From NCBI GenBank assembly GCA_041649575.1, contig JBAZMW010000002.1:1934-65933 (forward strand): a DNA stretch of 64,000 bases, in the 5' to 3' direction. Each line of letters starts with the position of its first letter. Position 1 is the stretch's first letter. Below, in pieces: positions 57,016-64,000 of this stretch. This DNA is from Patescibacteria group bacterium (GTDB taxonomy: Bacteria > Patescibacteriota > Patescibacteriia > 2-01-FULL-39-33). Below the pieces are notes generated by a model, which saw only the letters and a list, made by a program, of their open reading frames with translations, had not been told where the DNA came from and searched no databases. Position numbers and translations under genes: made by a program.

Positions 57016-57902
57016 TGGCGGTTGTTAATTTCTCTTCTAATAGCGGCAATCTGATCGGCCAAAAGACCAAAGAAAAAGACGAGAATAGACGCAATAAAGA
57101 GGAAAATGGTGCTGTCGGAAAGATTTATAGAAATAAGATCAAAAGCCAGGAAAATTAAAGCGACTATAAATAGAATCAGGCTGACCGGAAAAAAAATACG
57201 TAGCGGAGAAAAAGTCATAATCAGACGGAAAATCAGCATTAAAGTAGTGAAACCATCGCGCGGTTTGACCGTGCTTTTGGAACCACCCTCTCTTTTGTTT
57301 ATTTCAATAGGCAGAAATTTAACATTTTTTTTGTCTTTCAAAAAAGCCAGGGTAGAAGTGGTGGACATGGAAAAACCATTAGGCATCAGGTGCAAGTAGT
57401 TTTTAAGAATATTTTTTTTGACCAGGCGTAAGCCGCAGTTTAAATCAGGGATTTTATAATCCACCAGGTAATTGGCAACAACTCTCAGCAACCACAGGCC
57501 TGGTTTTCGCAGAGTCGGCCTGACATATTTGCCGCCAGTCCGATCGCCAGCGATTAGTTCATAGTCATTAATATGAGCGATAAAGTTTTTTATATCTTCA
57601 GGACGATGTTGGCCGTCGGAGTCAAAAAATAAAATCCAATCATGCCCCGAATTAAGGACTCCGGTTTTCAGGGCGGCACCATAACCTTTGTTGTAGGGAT
57701 GGTTTATTAGTTTTATACCTTCAATTTTATTTAGAACTTCTTTGCTATCATCTGTCGAACCGTCATTTATAACAATAATTTCATGTTCTATTCCCAGACC
57801 AATAAGTTCTTTTTTAAGCATTTCCACTGTTTGCTGGACTTTTTGACTTTCATTGTAGACTGGAACGACTACAGATAAATTTATTGTTTGATTGTTTTCC
57901 AT
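57012..57902 (-). CDS. GT2 polyprenol-phosphate glycosyltransferase with C-terminal TM helices (ArnC/GtrB-like).
   Basis: LSVVVPVYNESQKV...IVINDGSTDDS...NKGYGAALKTGV...FFDSDGQH. Two C-terminal TM helices. Confidence 0.85.
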   Translation of the reverse strand: MENNQTINLSVVVPVYNESQKVQQTVEMLKKELIGLGIEHEIIVINDGSTDDSKEVLNKIEGIKLINHPYNKGYGAALKTGVLNSGHDWILFFDSDGQHRPEDIKNFIAHINDYELIAGDRTGGKYVRPTLRKPGLWLLRVVANYLVDYKIPDLNCGLRLVKKNILKNYLHLMPNGFSMSTTSTLAFLKDKKNVKFLPIEINKREGGSKSTVKPRDGFTTLMLIFRLIMTFSPLRIFFPVSLILFIVALIFLAFDLISINLSDSTIFLFIASILVFFFGLLADQIAAIRREINNRQ

Positions 57903-57910
57903 AAATATTT

Positions 57911-59269
57911 TTATCTCCCTCTGCCTCCCAACGCCACCTTAATGGTTTTAAGTAAAATACTTAGATCCATCAGCAGCGAACGGTTTTTTATATAATATAA
58001 ATCATATTTAACTTTTTCCAGAGATTCTTCCTTGGAGCCGCCATAAGCCGGTCCGTTGAGTTGGGCCCAACCGGTAAGCCCAGGCTTCACCAGCAGCCGT
58101 TCCCTGTAAAAAGGCACCTCTTGGGCCAAAATTTGGATAAATTCTGGTCTTTCTGGCCTAGGCCCGACCAGACTCATTTCTCCTCGTAAGATGTTAATTA
58201 ATTGGGGGATTTCATCCAGCCTGGTTTTACGCATTAATCTGCCGAAACGAGTCACTCTCGGATCGTTTTCACTGGCCCATTGTGGCCCGTTTTTCTCGGC
58301 GTTATCAAACATCGAGCGGAATTTCATGGCCAAAAAATTTTTACCGTTTTTGCCAACGCGTATTTGCTTAAAGACCACCGGTCCCGGACTTTCTAATTTT
58401 ATGATCAGAGCTATTGGCGGCGCGATAAATATGGCCACTAGCAGGCCGAGTAAAGCCAGAAAGACATCCATGATTCTTTTGCTGATCTCATAAAGTTTTT
58501 TGGAATGTTCGGCCAAGTTTTCCAAAAACCAGCTGTGTTCCAGATATTCAGCCGGCACTTTATTGGTTATCTGCTCGTAAAAGCTGTTGATATTATAAAC
58601 ATCAACGCCTAGCGACAAACAGTCGAAGATTTTTCGCGAGATTTCATCATTATTTTTTAAACTATTGGCGCTGACCAGGATATCCACCTGGTTTTCTTGG
58701 CAATATTTTTTTAAATCTTCGGGAACATTTTGGTTGTTTATGGCTTGATACCCTAGTTGCGGCTTATGATTTATCTCTCTGATTAACGAATCAGCCAGCG
58801 GTGATTGACCAATGATCAGCACCTTATTGCTAATGGCCGAGGATTTTATAAAGGTATAGAATATCCGACGCCACAAAAAAGAGAAAACCAAGGAAATAAT
58901 CACATCTATCGCAAGGACTCTTTGCGGTTTAATACTTCCTAGAAAAGGATTGAAAAAATAAAAAATAGCTATAGCTATCAGAATGTTTATAACATAAACA
59001 CGAACTAGCAGATTTAACAGGTTGTTTATATTATAACTTATTTTTAAATCATAAAGCTCGTTAATAAAAAAAACCAATAACCAGATAACAAAAACCACAG
59101 TAAACATAATTACATGTCCTGACCAGAAATAACCGATGTCCTTTAGGCCGTATCTGATAATTAAGGTCAAGTATAAACCTAGATATAAAGTGGCCAGGTC
59201 GCCTAACAAAAGGATGACCTTTTTTGTTTTAATAAAGAAATTAGCCATAATTTTAAGCGATAACTTCAA
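57911..59269 (-). CDS. Polyprenyl-phosphate glycosyl-1-phosphate transferase (WbaP / bacterial sugar transferase family), the initiating enzyme.
   Basis: C-terminal Bac_transf domain: SPGPVVFKQIRVGKNGKNFLAMKFRSM...DPRVTRFGRLMRKTRLDEIPQLINILRGEMSLVGPRPERPEF. Four N-terminal TM helices. Track start is TTG 59269; ATG 59248 is an alternative. Confidence 0.85.
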   Translation of the reverse strand: MKLSLKIMANFFIKTKKVILLLGDLATLYLGLYLTLIIRYGLKDIGYFWSGHVIMFTVVFVIWLLVFFINELYDLKISYNINNLLNLLVRVYVINILIAIAIFYFFNPFLGSIKPQRVLAIDVIISLVFSFLWRRIFYTFIKSSAISNKVLIIGQSPLADSLIREINHKPQLGYQAINNQNVPEDLKKYCQENQVDILVSANSLKNNDEISRKIFDCLSLGVDVYNINSFYEQITNKVPAEYLEHSWFLENLAEHSKKLYEISKRIMDVFLALLGLLVAIFIAPPIALIIKLESPGPVVFKQIRVGKNGKNFLAMKFRSMFDNAEKNGPQWASENDPRVTRFGRLMRKTRLDEIPQLINILRGEMSLVGPRPERPEFIQILAQEVPFYRERLLVKPGLTGWAQLNGPAYGGSKEESLEKVKYDLYYIKNRSLLMDLSILLKTIKVALGGRGR

Positions 59270-59366
59270 TATTTATACAATATTTTTGACCAAAAATCAA
59301 GTTTGGCCGCCCGCCCTTTTAAAAGAATGATAATTTTGATAAAATATAATCATTAAATCCCTTTTT

Positions 59367-61067
59367 ATGGTTAAAAGATTTTTTTTATTTTCAATTGTTT
59401 GCTTGTTTTTTTTTATTACTATTTTTCCGGCTCAGGCCTATGTTCCCTCCGACCCGTTGTATTACCGAGAAACCTATCTCAACCCTCTTGGCGCGGAAAA
59501 AGCTTGGGATTTGTCACGGGGTAATGGCGTGGTAGTAGCCGTCTTAGATTCCGGGGTAGACACGGACCACCCTGATTTAAAAAATAATATTTGGCGTAAT
59601 TTGGACGAAACTCCTGGCGATGGCGTTGATAATGATCATAATGGTTTTATTGACGATATTAGTGGTTGGGATTTTGTCTCAGGTCAGCCGGATCCCAAAC
59701 CAAAATTTTCTGAAAACTATTCAGCAGCCGGCTTGGAACATGGCACGGCTATCTCGGGAGTGATCGCTGGTACGGCCAATAACGGGCAGGGAATGGTTGG
59801 CTTGGCTTTTGATTCCAAAATCATGCCTCTTAGAATTCTAGATGCTGACGGTACGGGGGAGGTGCCCAATCTGGTCAAAGCCATTGAGTACGCTGTCAAT
59901 AACGGAGCTGATATCATTAACTTAAGCTTAGTTGGTTATGATTATAGCCAGGAACTTTTTGATGCCGTTAGGTCGGCTAACGCTCGGGGAGTGTTGGTGG
60001 TGGCGGCCGCTGGTAACGCCGAAGATGGTTTAGTTGACGGAATTAATCTTGATAACAGGCCGGCTTACCCGGTTTGCTACGGCAATAATACTGATAATAA
60101 TTTAATTATCGCCGTTTCTTCCGTTGATGACAAAAAGAACAAATCTGTTTTTTCTAATTATGGCAGCTGTGTGGACGTCTCCGCTTTTGGCGAGAAAATT
60201 CTCAGTGCCTCTTTTTATTATCCAGAGAAGGGTTTGGATGATTATTATCTTTATGATTGGAACGGAACTTCCTTTGCCACCGCTTTGGTTTCTGGCGCCG
60301 CCGCCCTAGTTAAGGCGAAAAATAAGTCTTTTACGCCGACCAAGATCACTGACGCTCTTTTGAGTACAGCTGAAGATATTGATAGTTATAATTCTCAATA
60401 TCGGGGCTTGCTTGGCCGGGGTTTGATTAATGTTTTTAGCGCCGTAAATTATTTGCCGCCGGTCGCTCCCGGCCGTTTGGTAAAATTGAAAACTTCCAAC
60501 ACCGTCTATTATGTCGACTCCAATAACACCAAACATCTTTTTCCCAATGAAAGTGTTTTTTGGAGCTGGTATAGTGGTAACTGGCCCGATCAGAAGATAG
60601 CCATTGTTGGTCAGGAAGAGATGGACGGCTTGAGATACGGCTCAAATATGACCATCAGAGCCGGCACTAATTTGGTGAAATTTGGCAGTAGCAATAAAAT
60701 TTATTTTGTCTCCGGTGGTAACCGACTGGTGCAGCTTAATGAGGCTTTGGCCCGTCAGCTTTTTGGCACAAACTATTATCAGCGGTTGGCCAAATTAAGC
60801 GAGGGTTTTGTGGCTGATTATTTTGAGGCTCCGGCTTTAAGTGAAGGGCTCTATCCCGACGGCTCTTTGATTCAGTACAAGGACTCCGGCGACATTTACT
60901 ATATCCAAAATGGCACTAAGCGTTTAGTGACGGCCGCTGGCCTGGCGGCTAACAATTTCAAGAAAGAGTTTGTTATAAGAGAAGTTGGCAGCAGTTTGTC
61001 TTATAGAAACGGCGCCAATCTGGACGCCTGGGAAGAGGGGGTCTTTCCCTATCTCCTGATTAATTAA
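59367..61067 (+). CDS. Secreted subtilisin-like serine protease (peptidase S8) with a C-terminal triple-repeat module.
   Basis: Signal peptide. Catalytic-triad motifs VAVLDSGVDTDHPDL (Asp), HGTAISGVIAG (His) and GTSFATALVSGAAALV (Ser). C-terminal TVYYVDSNNTKHLFPNESVFWSWYSG... module. Confidence 0.85.
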   Translation: MVKRFFLFSIVCLFFFITIFPAQAYVPSDPLYYRETYLNPLGAEKAWDLSRGNGVVVAVLDSGVDTDHPDLKNNIWRNLDETPGDGVDNDHNGFIDDISGWDFVSGQPDPKPKFSENYSAAGLEHGTAISGVIAGTANNGQGMVGLAFDSKIMPLRILDADGTGEVPNLVKAIEYAVNNGADIINLSLVGYDYSQELFDAVRSANARGVLVVAAAGNAEDGLVDGINLDNRPAYPVCYGNNTDNNLIIAVSSVDDKKNKSVFSNYGSCVDVSAFGEKILSASFYYPEKGLDDYYLYDWNGTSFATALVSGAAALVKAKNKSFTPTKITDALLSTAEDIDSYNSQYRGLLGRGLINVFSAVNYLPPVAPGRLVKLKTSNTVYYVDSNNTKHLFPNESVFWSWYSGNWPDQKIAIVGQEEMDGLRYGSNMTIRAGTNLVKFGSSNKIYFVSGGNRLVQLNEALARQLFGTNYYQRLAKLSEGFVADYFEAPALSEGLYPDGSLIQYKDSGDIYYIQNGTKRLVTAAGLAANNFKKEFVIREVGSSLSYRNGANLDAWEEGVFPYLLIN

Positions 61068-61083
61068 TTTTTTTGTGCTGCTT

Positions 61084-61554
61084 ATGTTTGAAAAACTTAA
61101 AAAAATAAAAAATCAAATTAGCGGCTTCTATTTTTTCCGGAGATACATGATTGCCAAGGAGTTTATTAAATTTTGTTTGATTGGCCTGACCAATCTGTTT
61201 GTCGATATGTCCGTTTATTGGCTCTTGACCCGCTTTTTTCATTTCTATTATTTATTAGCGGCCATTTTTTCTTTTGTAGTGGCGGTAACCTGGAGCTTCT
61301 ACCTCAACCGGCACTGGACTTTCCGTCATCAGGAAAAAGACCTTTCTCGGCAATACATAAAATTTTTTATCGCCAATCTTATCAGCATCTTCATTAATCT
61401 CTCACTTTTTTATGTTTTGGTTGACTATTGGCATTTCTACGACCTATTAGCCAAGTTTTTGGCGGCGATGATCGTGGCTTTCCTTAATTTTTCTCTTAAT
61501 AAATTCTGGACCTTTAGAAAACCGGCCAATAGTCAAACAACTCGAACTCCTTAG
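61084..61554 (+). CDS. GtrA-family small membrane protein (polyprenol-P-sugar translocase-like).
   Basis: Four TM helices. FIKFCLIGLTNLFVDMSVYWLL...AVTWSFYLNRHWTF, the GtrA signature. Track start GTG 61075; ATG 61084 chosen. Confidence 0.7.
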   Translation: MFEKLKKIKNQISGFYFFRRYMIAKEFIKFCLIGLTNLFVDMSVYWLLTRFFHFYYLLAAIFSFVVAVTWSFYLNRHWTFRHQEKDLSRQYIKFFIANLISIFINLSLFYVLVDYWHFYDLLAKFLAAMIVAFLNFSLNKFWTFRKPANSQTTRTP

Positions 61555-61619
61555 CCGCCGACTTGTTTTTAAAGGCGTTTTTTTATATAATAAGGGCAAC
61601 AAAACTTAACCCATAATTT

Positions 61620-62630
61620 ATGACTCAAAAAATAATTTTTGACAAAAAAAACATTCTGATAGTCGGTGGCGCCGGTTTTATCGGTTCTCATCTGGGAGAT
61701 GAATTGGTAGTTAAAAACAAGGTGATTTGTCTCGATAATTTTCTGACCGGTACCGAGCATAATATCGCCCATCTTTTACAAAATCCCAATTTTAAATTTA
61801 TTAATCATAATATTGTCGAGGCGATTAACCTGGAAAAGCAGCCGGACTTAAAAGAGTTTAGAATCGAATTTCAGGGTTTGCAGGAAATTTATTTTTTGGC
61901 CTCGCCCACCTCGCCGCGCGATTATTCCAGGTATCCTATCGAGACCCTGCTGGCCAATTCCGTTGGTTTGCGTAACGCCTTAGACTTGGCGGTGAAGTAT
62001 AAGTCGCAGTTTTTGTATGTGTCTGGCTCGGCGGTCTATGGCCAGGTCGAGGATAAAAAAAAGGTGAAAGAGGATTATGTTGGCAGAGTTGATCAGTTGG
62101 GCCCGCGTGCTTGTTATGAAGAAGCCAAGAGATTTGGCGAATCACTGGTTAATAATTATCGTCTCAAATACAATATAGACGCCAAGATAGTCAGGGTGTT
62201 TAATTGTTACGGACCGCGGATGCGTTTGGGCGACGGTCGGATGATTCCCGAAATAATCGAGCTGGCCTTGAAAAATAAAGAAATAGTGATTTACGGCGAA
62301 AAGAAAAGTGCTGGTTCTTATTTTTATATCTCTGATTTGATCAAGGCGCTGATCAAGATGATGTCCAGTGGCGAAATCGGTCCGCTTAATCTGGCTTCGG
62401 AGTGGCAAAACAGTTTTGAGGAAGTGGCGCAAAAAATTATTCAGCTGACTGGTTCGCAAGCCAAAGTTAAATATGAATCAACCGGCGGCCTGATGGCGCC
62501 GCAACTTCTAGGCGATATCACTCAAGCCAAAGAAAGGCTGGGTTGGTTTCCTATAGTTTTGCTCGATGAGGGTTTGAAAAAAACCATCGACTATCTTAGC
62601 GCCCAGCAGGGAATATTGGATCTAAATTGA
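61620..62630 (+). CDS. NAD-dependent epimerase/dehydratase of the UDP-glucuronate decarboxylase (UXS / ArnA C-domain) lineage, with an atypical active-site motif.
   Basis: ILIVGGAGFIGSHL. DNFLTG. GPRACYEEAKR (YxxxK). GPRM...DGR. The conserved STSEVYG is replaced by SGSAVYG. Confidence 0.75.
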   Translation: MTQKIIFDKKNILIVGGAGFIGSHLGDELVVKNKVICLDNFLTGTEHNIAHLLQNPNFKFINHNIVEAINLEKQPDLKEFRIEFQGLQEIYFLASPTSPRDYSRYPIETLLANSVGLRNALDLAVKYKSQFLYVSGSAVYGQVEDKKKVKEDYVGRVDQLGPRACYEEAKRFGESLVNNYRLKYNIDAKIVRVFNCYGPRMRLGDGRMIPEIIELALKNKEIVIYGEKKSAGSYFYISDLIKALIKMMSSGEIGPLNLASEWQNSFEEVAQKIIQLTGSQAKVKYESTGGLMAPQLLGDITQAKERLGWFPIVLLDEGLKKTIDYLSAQQGILDLN

Positions 62631-62645
62631 AGTTTTTTATAAAAT

Positions 62646-62663
62646 AACCCCCGACCGGGGGTT
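62646..62663 (+). terminator. Rho-independent terminator after the UXS-like gene.
   Basis: AACCCCCG-acc-GGGGGTT hairpin followed by TGTTTTTTTAT. Confidence 0.6.
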
Positions 62664-62697
62664 TGTTTTTTTATCTAAAAAGTGCCATAATTTAGTT

Positions 62698-63360
62698 ATG
62701 AAAATATTAGTTTTAATTCCTGCCAAAGACGAAAAGGCCAAAATTTTTTCGGTGGTTAGAGAAATTAAAGATTGTGGCTTCGAGGTGTTGGTGATTGATG
62801 ACGGCTCTTCGGATAATACCGGCGAACTGGCCAAAGCCGCCGGCGCCAAGGTTCTAAGGCACGTTATTAATCGTGGCCAAGGAGCGGCCTTAAGAACTGG
62901 TTTGTCTTATGCTCTAAAAGGCGATTATCAAGCCGTGGTTTTTTTTGATGCCGACGGACAAATGCTGGCCTCGGAAATAGAAAAACTATTGGAGCCATTG
63001 CTTTTAAAGAGAGCTGAAGTGGTTTTGGGCTCGCGGTTTCTGGGTCGGGCGGAGAATATTTCCTTTTCGAAATTAATAACCTTAAAACTGGCTTTGCTTT
63101 TTACTAAACTAACCACCGGTCTGAAATTAACTGACGTTCATAACGGATTCCAGGCTTGGGATCTAAGTGCTCTGGAGAAAATCACCCTCACGCAAGATCG
63201 TTACGCCTACGCCTCGGAAATCTTAAAAGAAATCGCTCACAAGCGGCTTAGGTACCAGGAAGTCCCGGTGACTATCAAATATACTGATTATTCCAAAAAG
63301 AAAGGTCAGAGTATTTTTAATGCTTTGCACATTCTCTGGGATTTAATGATTAAAAAATAA
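62698..63360 (+). CDS. GT2 polyprenol-phosphate glycosyltransferase (Dpm1-like).
   Basis: KILVLIPAKDE...VIDDGSSDNT...NRGQGAALRTGL...FFDADGQM. Confidence 0.8.
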   Translation: MKILVLIPAKDEKAKIFSVVREIKDCGFEVLVIDDGSSDNTGELAKAAGAKVLRHVINRGQGAALRTGLSYALKGDYQAVVFFDADGQMLASEIEKLLEPLLLKRAEVVLGSRFLGRAENISFSKLITLKLALLFTKLTTGLKLTDVHNGFQAWDLSALEKITLTQDRYAYASEILKEIAHKRLRYQEVPVTIKYTDYSKKKGQSIFNALHILWDLMIKK

Positions 63361-63363
63361 TTT

Positions 63364-63702
63364 ATGCTGATTCAATTCATTCTCATTTTTTTTATTTTGC
63401 TTTTGGTTCTACGTTTGATTTGGCAATTAAAAAACAAAGAAATTTCGGGTTGGCAATTTTTGTCCTGGCTAGTTATTTGGTTTTTAGCCATCATTATTAT
63501 CTGGTATCCCCAAGTGACTATCTTTTTGGCCGGCCAATTGGGCGTGGGCCGGGGCGTCGATCTGGTTATTTATTTGTCGGTGATTTTACTTTTTTATCTA
63601 TTGTTTCGTCTGCTTTTGAGAATAGAGAGAGTGGAAAAAAATATCACAAAAATTACCCAGGAGCTGGCCGTCAAAAAAGATCAAAATCATGAGTCCGACT
63701 AA
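63364..63702 (+). CDS. Small membrane protein, DUF2304-like (commonly paired with GT2 enzymes).
   Basis: 112 aa. Three TM helices and a charged tail. Sits immediately downstream of a GT2 gene. Confidence 0.55.
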   Translation: MLIQFILIFFILLLVLRLIWQLKNKEISGWQFLSWLVIWFLAIIIIWYPQVTIFLAGQLGVGRGVDLVIYLSVILLFYLLFRLLLRIERVEKNITKITQELAVKKDQNHESD

Positions 63703-64000
63703 AAGAGTAACCATTATCATTGTTACGCACAATGGACGGCACTATTTGCCGGAATGCTTGGCTAGTGTTTTCGATCAGCATTATCTCCAAAGCCTTTTGA
63801 AAATAATCGTTATTGATAATGATTCTTCAGATAGCACGGTTAGCTATTTGCGGCAGTGGCCGCAGGTAAAGGTGGTGGTTAATCGTAAGAATTTAGGCTT
63901 TGCGGTGGCCAACAACCAAGGCTATTATTTGGCTAAAAAACAGGAAGCGGATTATCTTTTTTTATTGAACCAGGATACTGTCTTGGAAAAGAATTGCCTG
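63689..64000 (+). CDS. GT2-family glycosyltransferase, N-terminal fragment (continues beyond the window).
   Basis: ATG 63689 overlaps the upstream stop by 14 nt. VTIIIVTHNGRHYLPECLASV...IVIDNDSSDST...NLGFAVANNQG, a typical GT2 (rhamnosyltransferase-like) N-terminus. No stop before the window end. Confidence 0.7.
   Translation, partial: MSPTKRVTIIIVTHNGRHYLPECLASVFDQHYLQSLLKIIVIDNDSSDSTVSYLRQWPQVKVVVNRKNLGFAVANNQGYYLAKKQEADYLFLLNQDTVLEKNCL

Noticed and set aside
1-64000. Alternative genetic code (UGA recoding, as in some CPR lineages).
   Set aside because: All family-assigned genes close with standard stops at the expected lengths (TGA is used as a stop, for example at the ATGA junctions), so the standard bacterial code fits.

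Overview
Low-GC (~36-40%) bacterial window, standard genetic code. Gene content and the absence of strong Shine-Dalgarno sites suggest a CPR/Patescibacteria-like organism, but this is inference. Almost the whole window is one very large surface-glycan / protein-glycosylation island. The 5' end encodes Ser/Thr/Gly-rich secreted proteins: a 1291-aa giant (S-layer/adhesin candidate), a 423-aa protein and a 213-aa protein. Next come four membrane or TPR proteins predicted to act as protein O-glycosyltransferases: a TPR protein, a TMTC-like GT-C+TPR protein, a PMT/ArnT-family GT-C, and an O-antigen-ligase-like Wzy_C+TPR protein. A ~620-bp GC-rich island flanked by two hairpins carries a single minus-strand ORF with a perfect AGGAGG ribosome-binding site. 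The core of the window is a ~34-kb plus-strand operon of about 27 mostly translationally coupled genes (4-, 8- and ~20-nt start/stop overlaps), read directly from a TTGACT-17-GATAAT promoter candidate at 17010-17038. This operon interleaves GT4, GT2 (Dpm1/ArnC-like), GT9 and GT-C glycosyltransferases, four class I SAM methyltransferases, a Wzx-like flippase, a CE4 deacetylase, a nitroreductase-family flavoprotein and radical SAM enzymes. A convergent ~8-kb minus-strand operon follows: a WbaP-like initiating phosphotransferase, GT2, CE4/ArnD-like, two B12-binding radical SAMs (one fused to a flippase-like membrane domain) and a SPASM radical SAM. The window ends with an S8 subtilisin, GtrA, a UXS-like SDR, a GT2, a DUF2304 protein and a partial GT2. 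In total there are eight cobalamin-binding (class B) radical SAM proteins, each with a CxxxCxxC cluster, plus two SPASM radical SAM proteins embedded among glycosyltransferases. That is an unusual and probably undescribed radical-chemistry-heavy glycan tailoring pathway. No rRNA, tRNA, CRISPR array or transposase was found.
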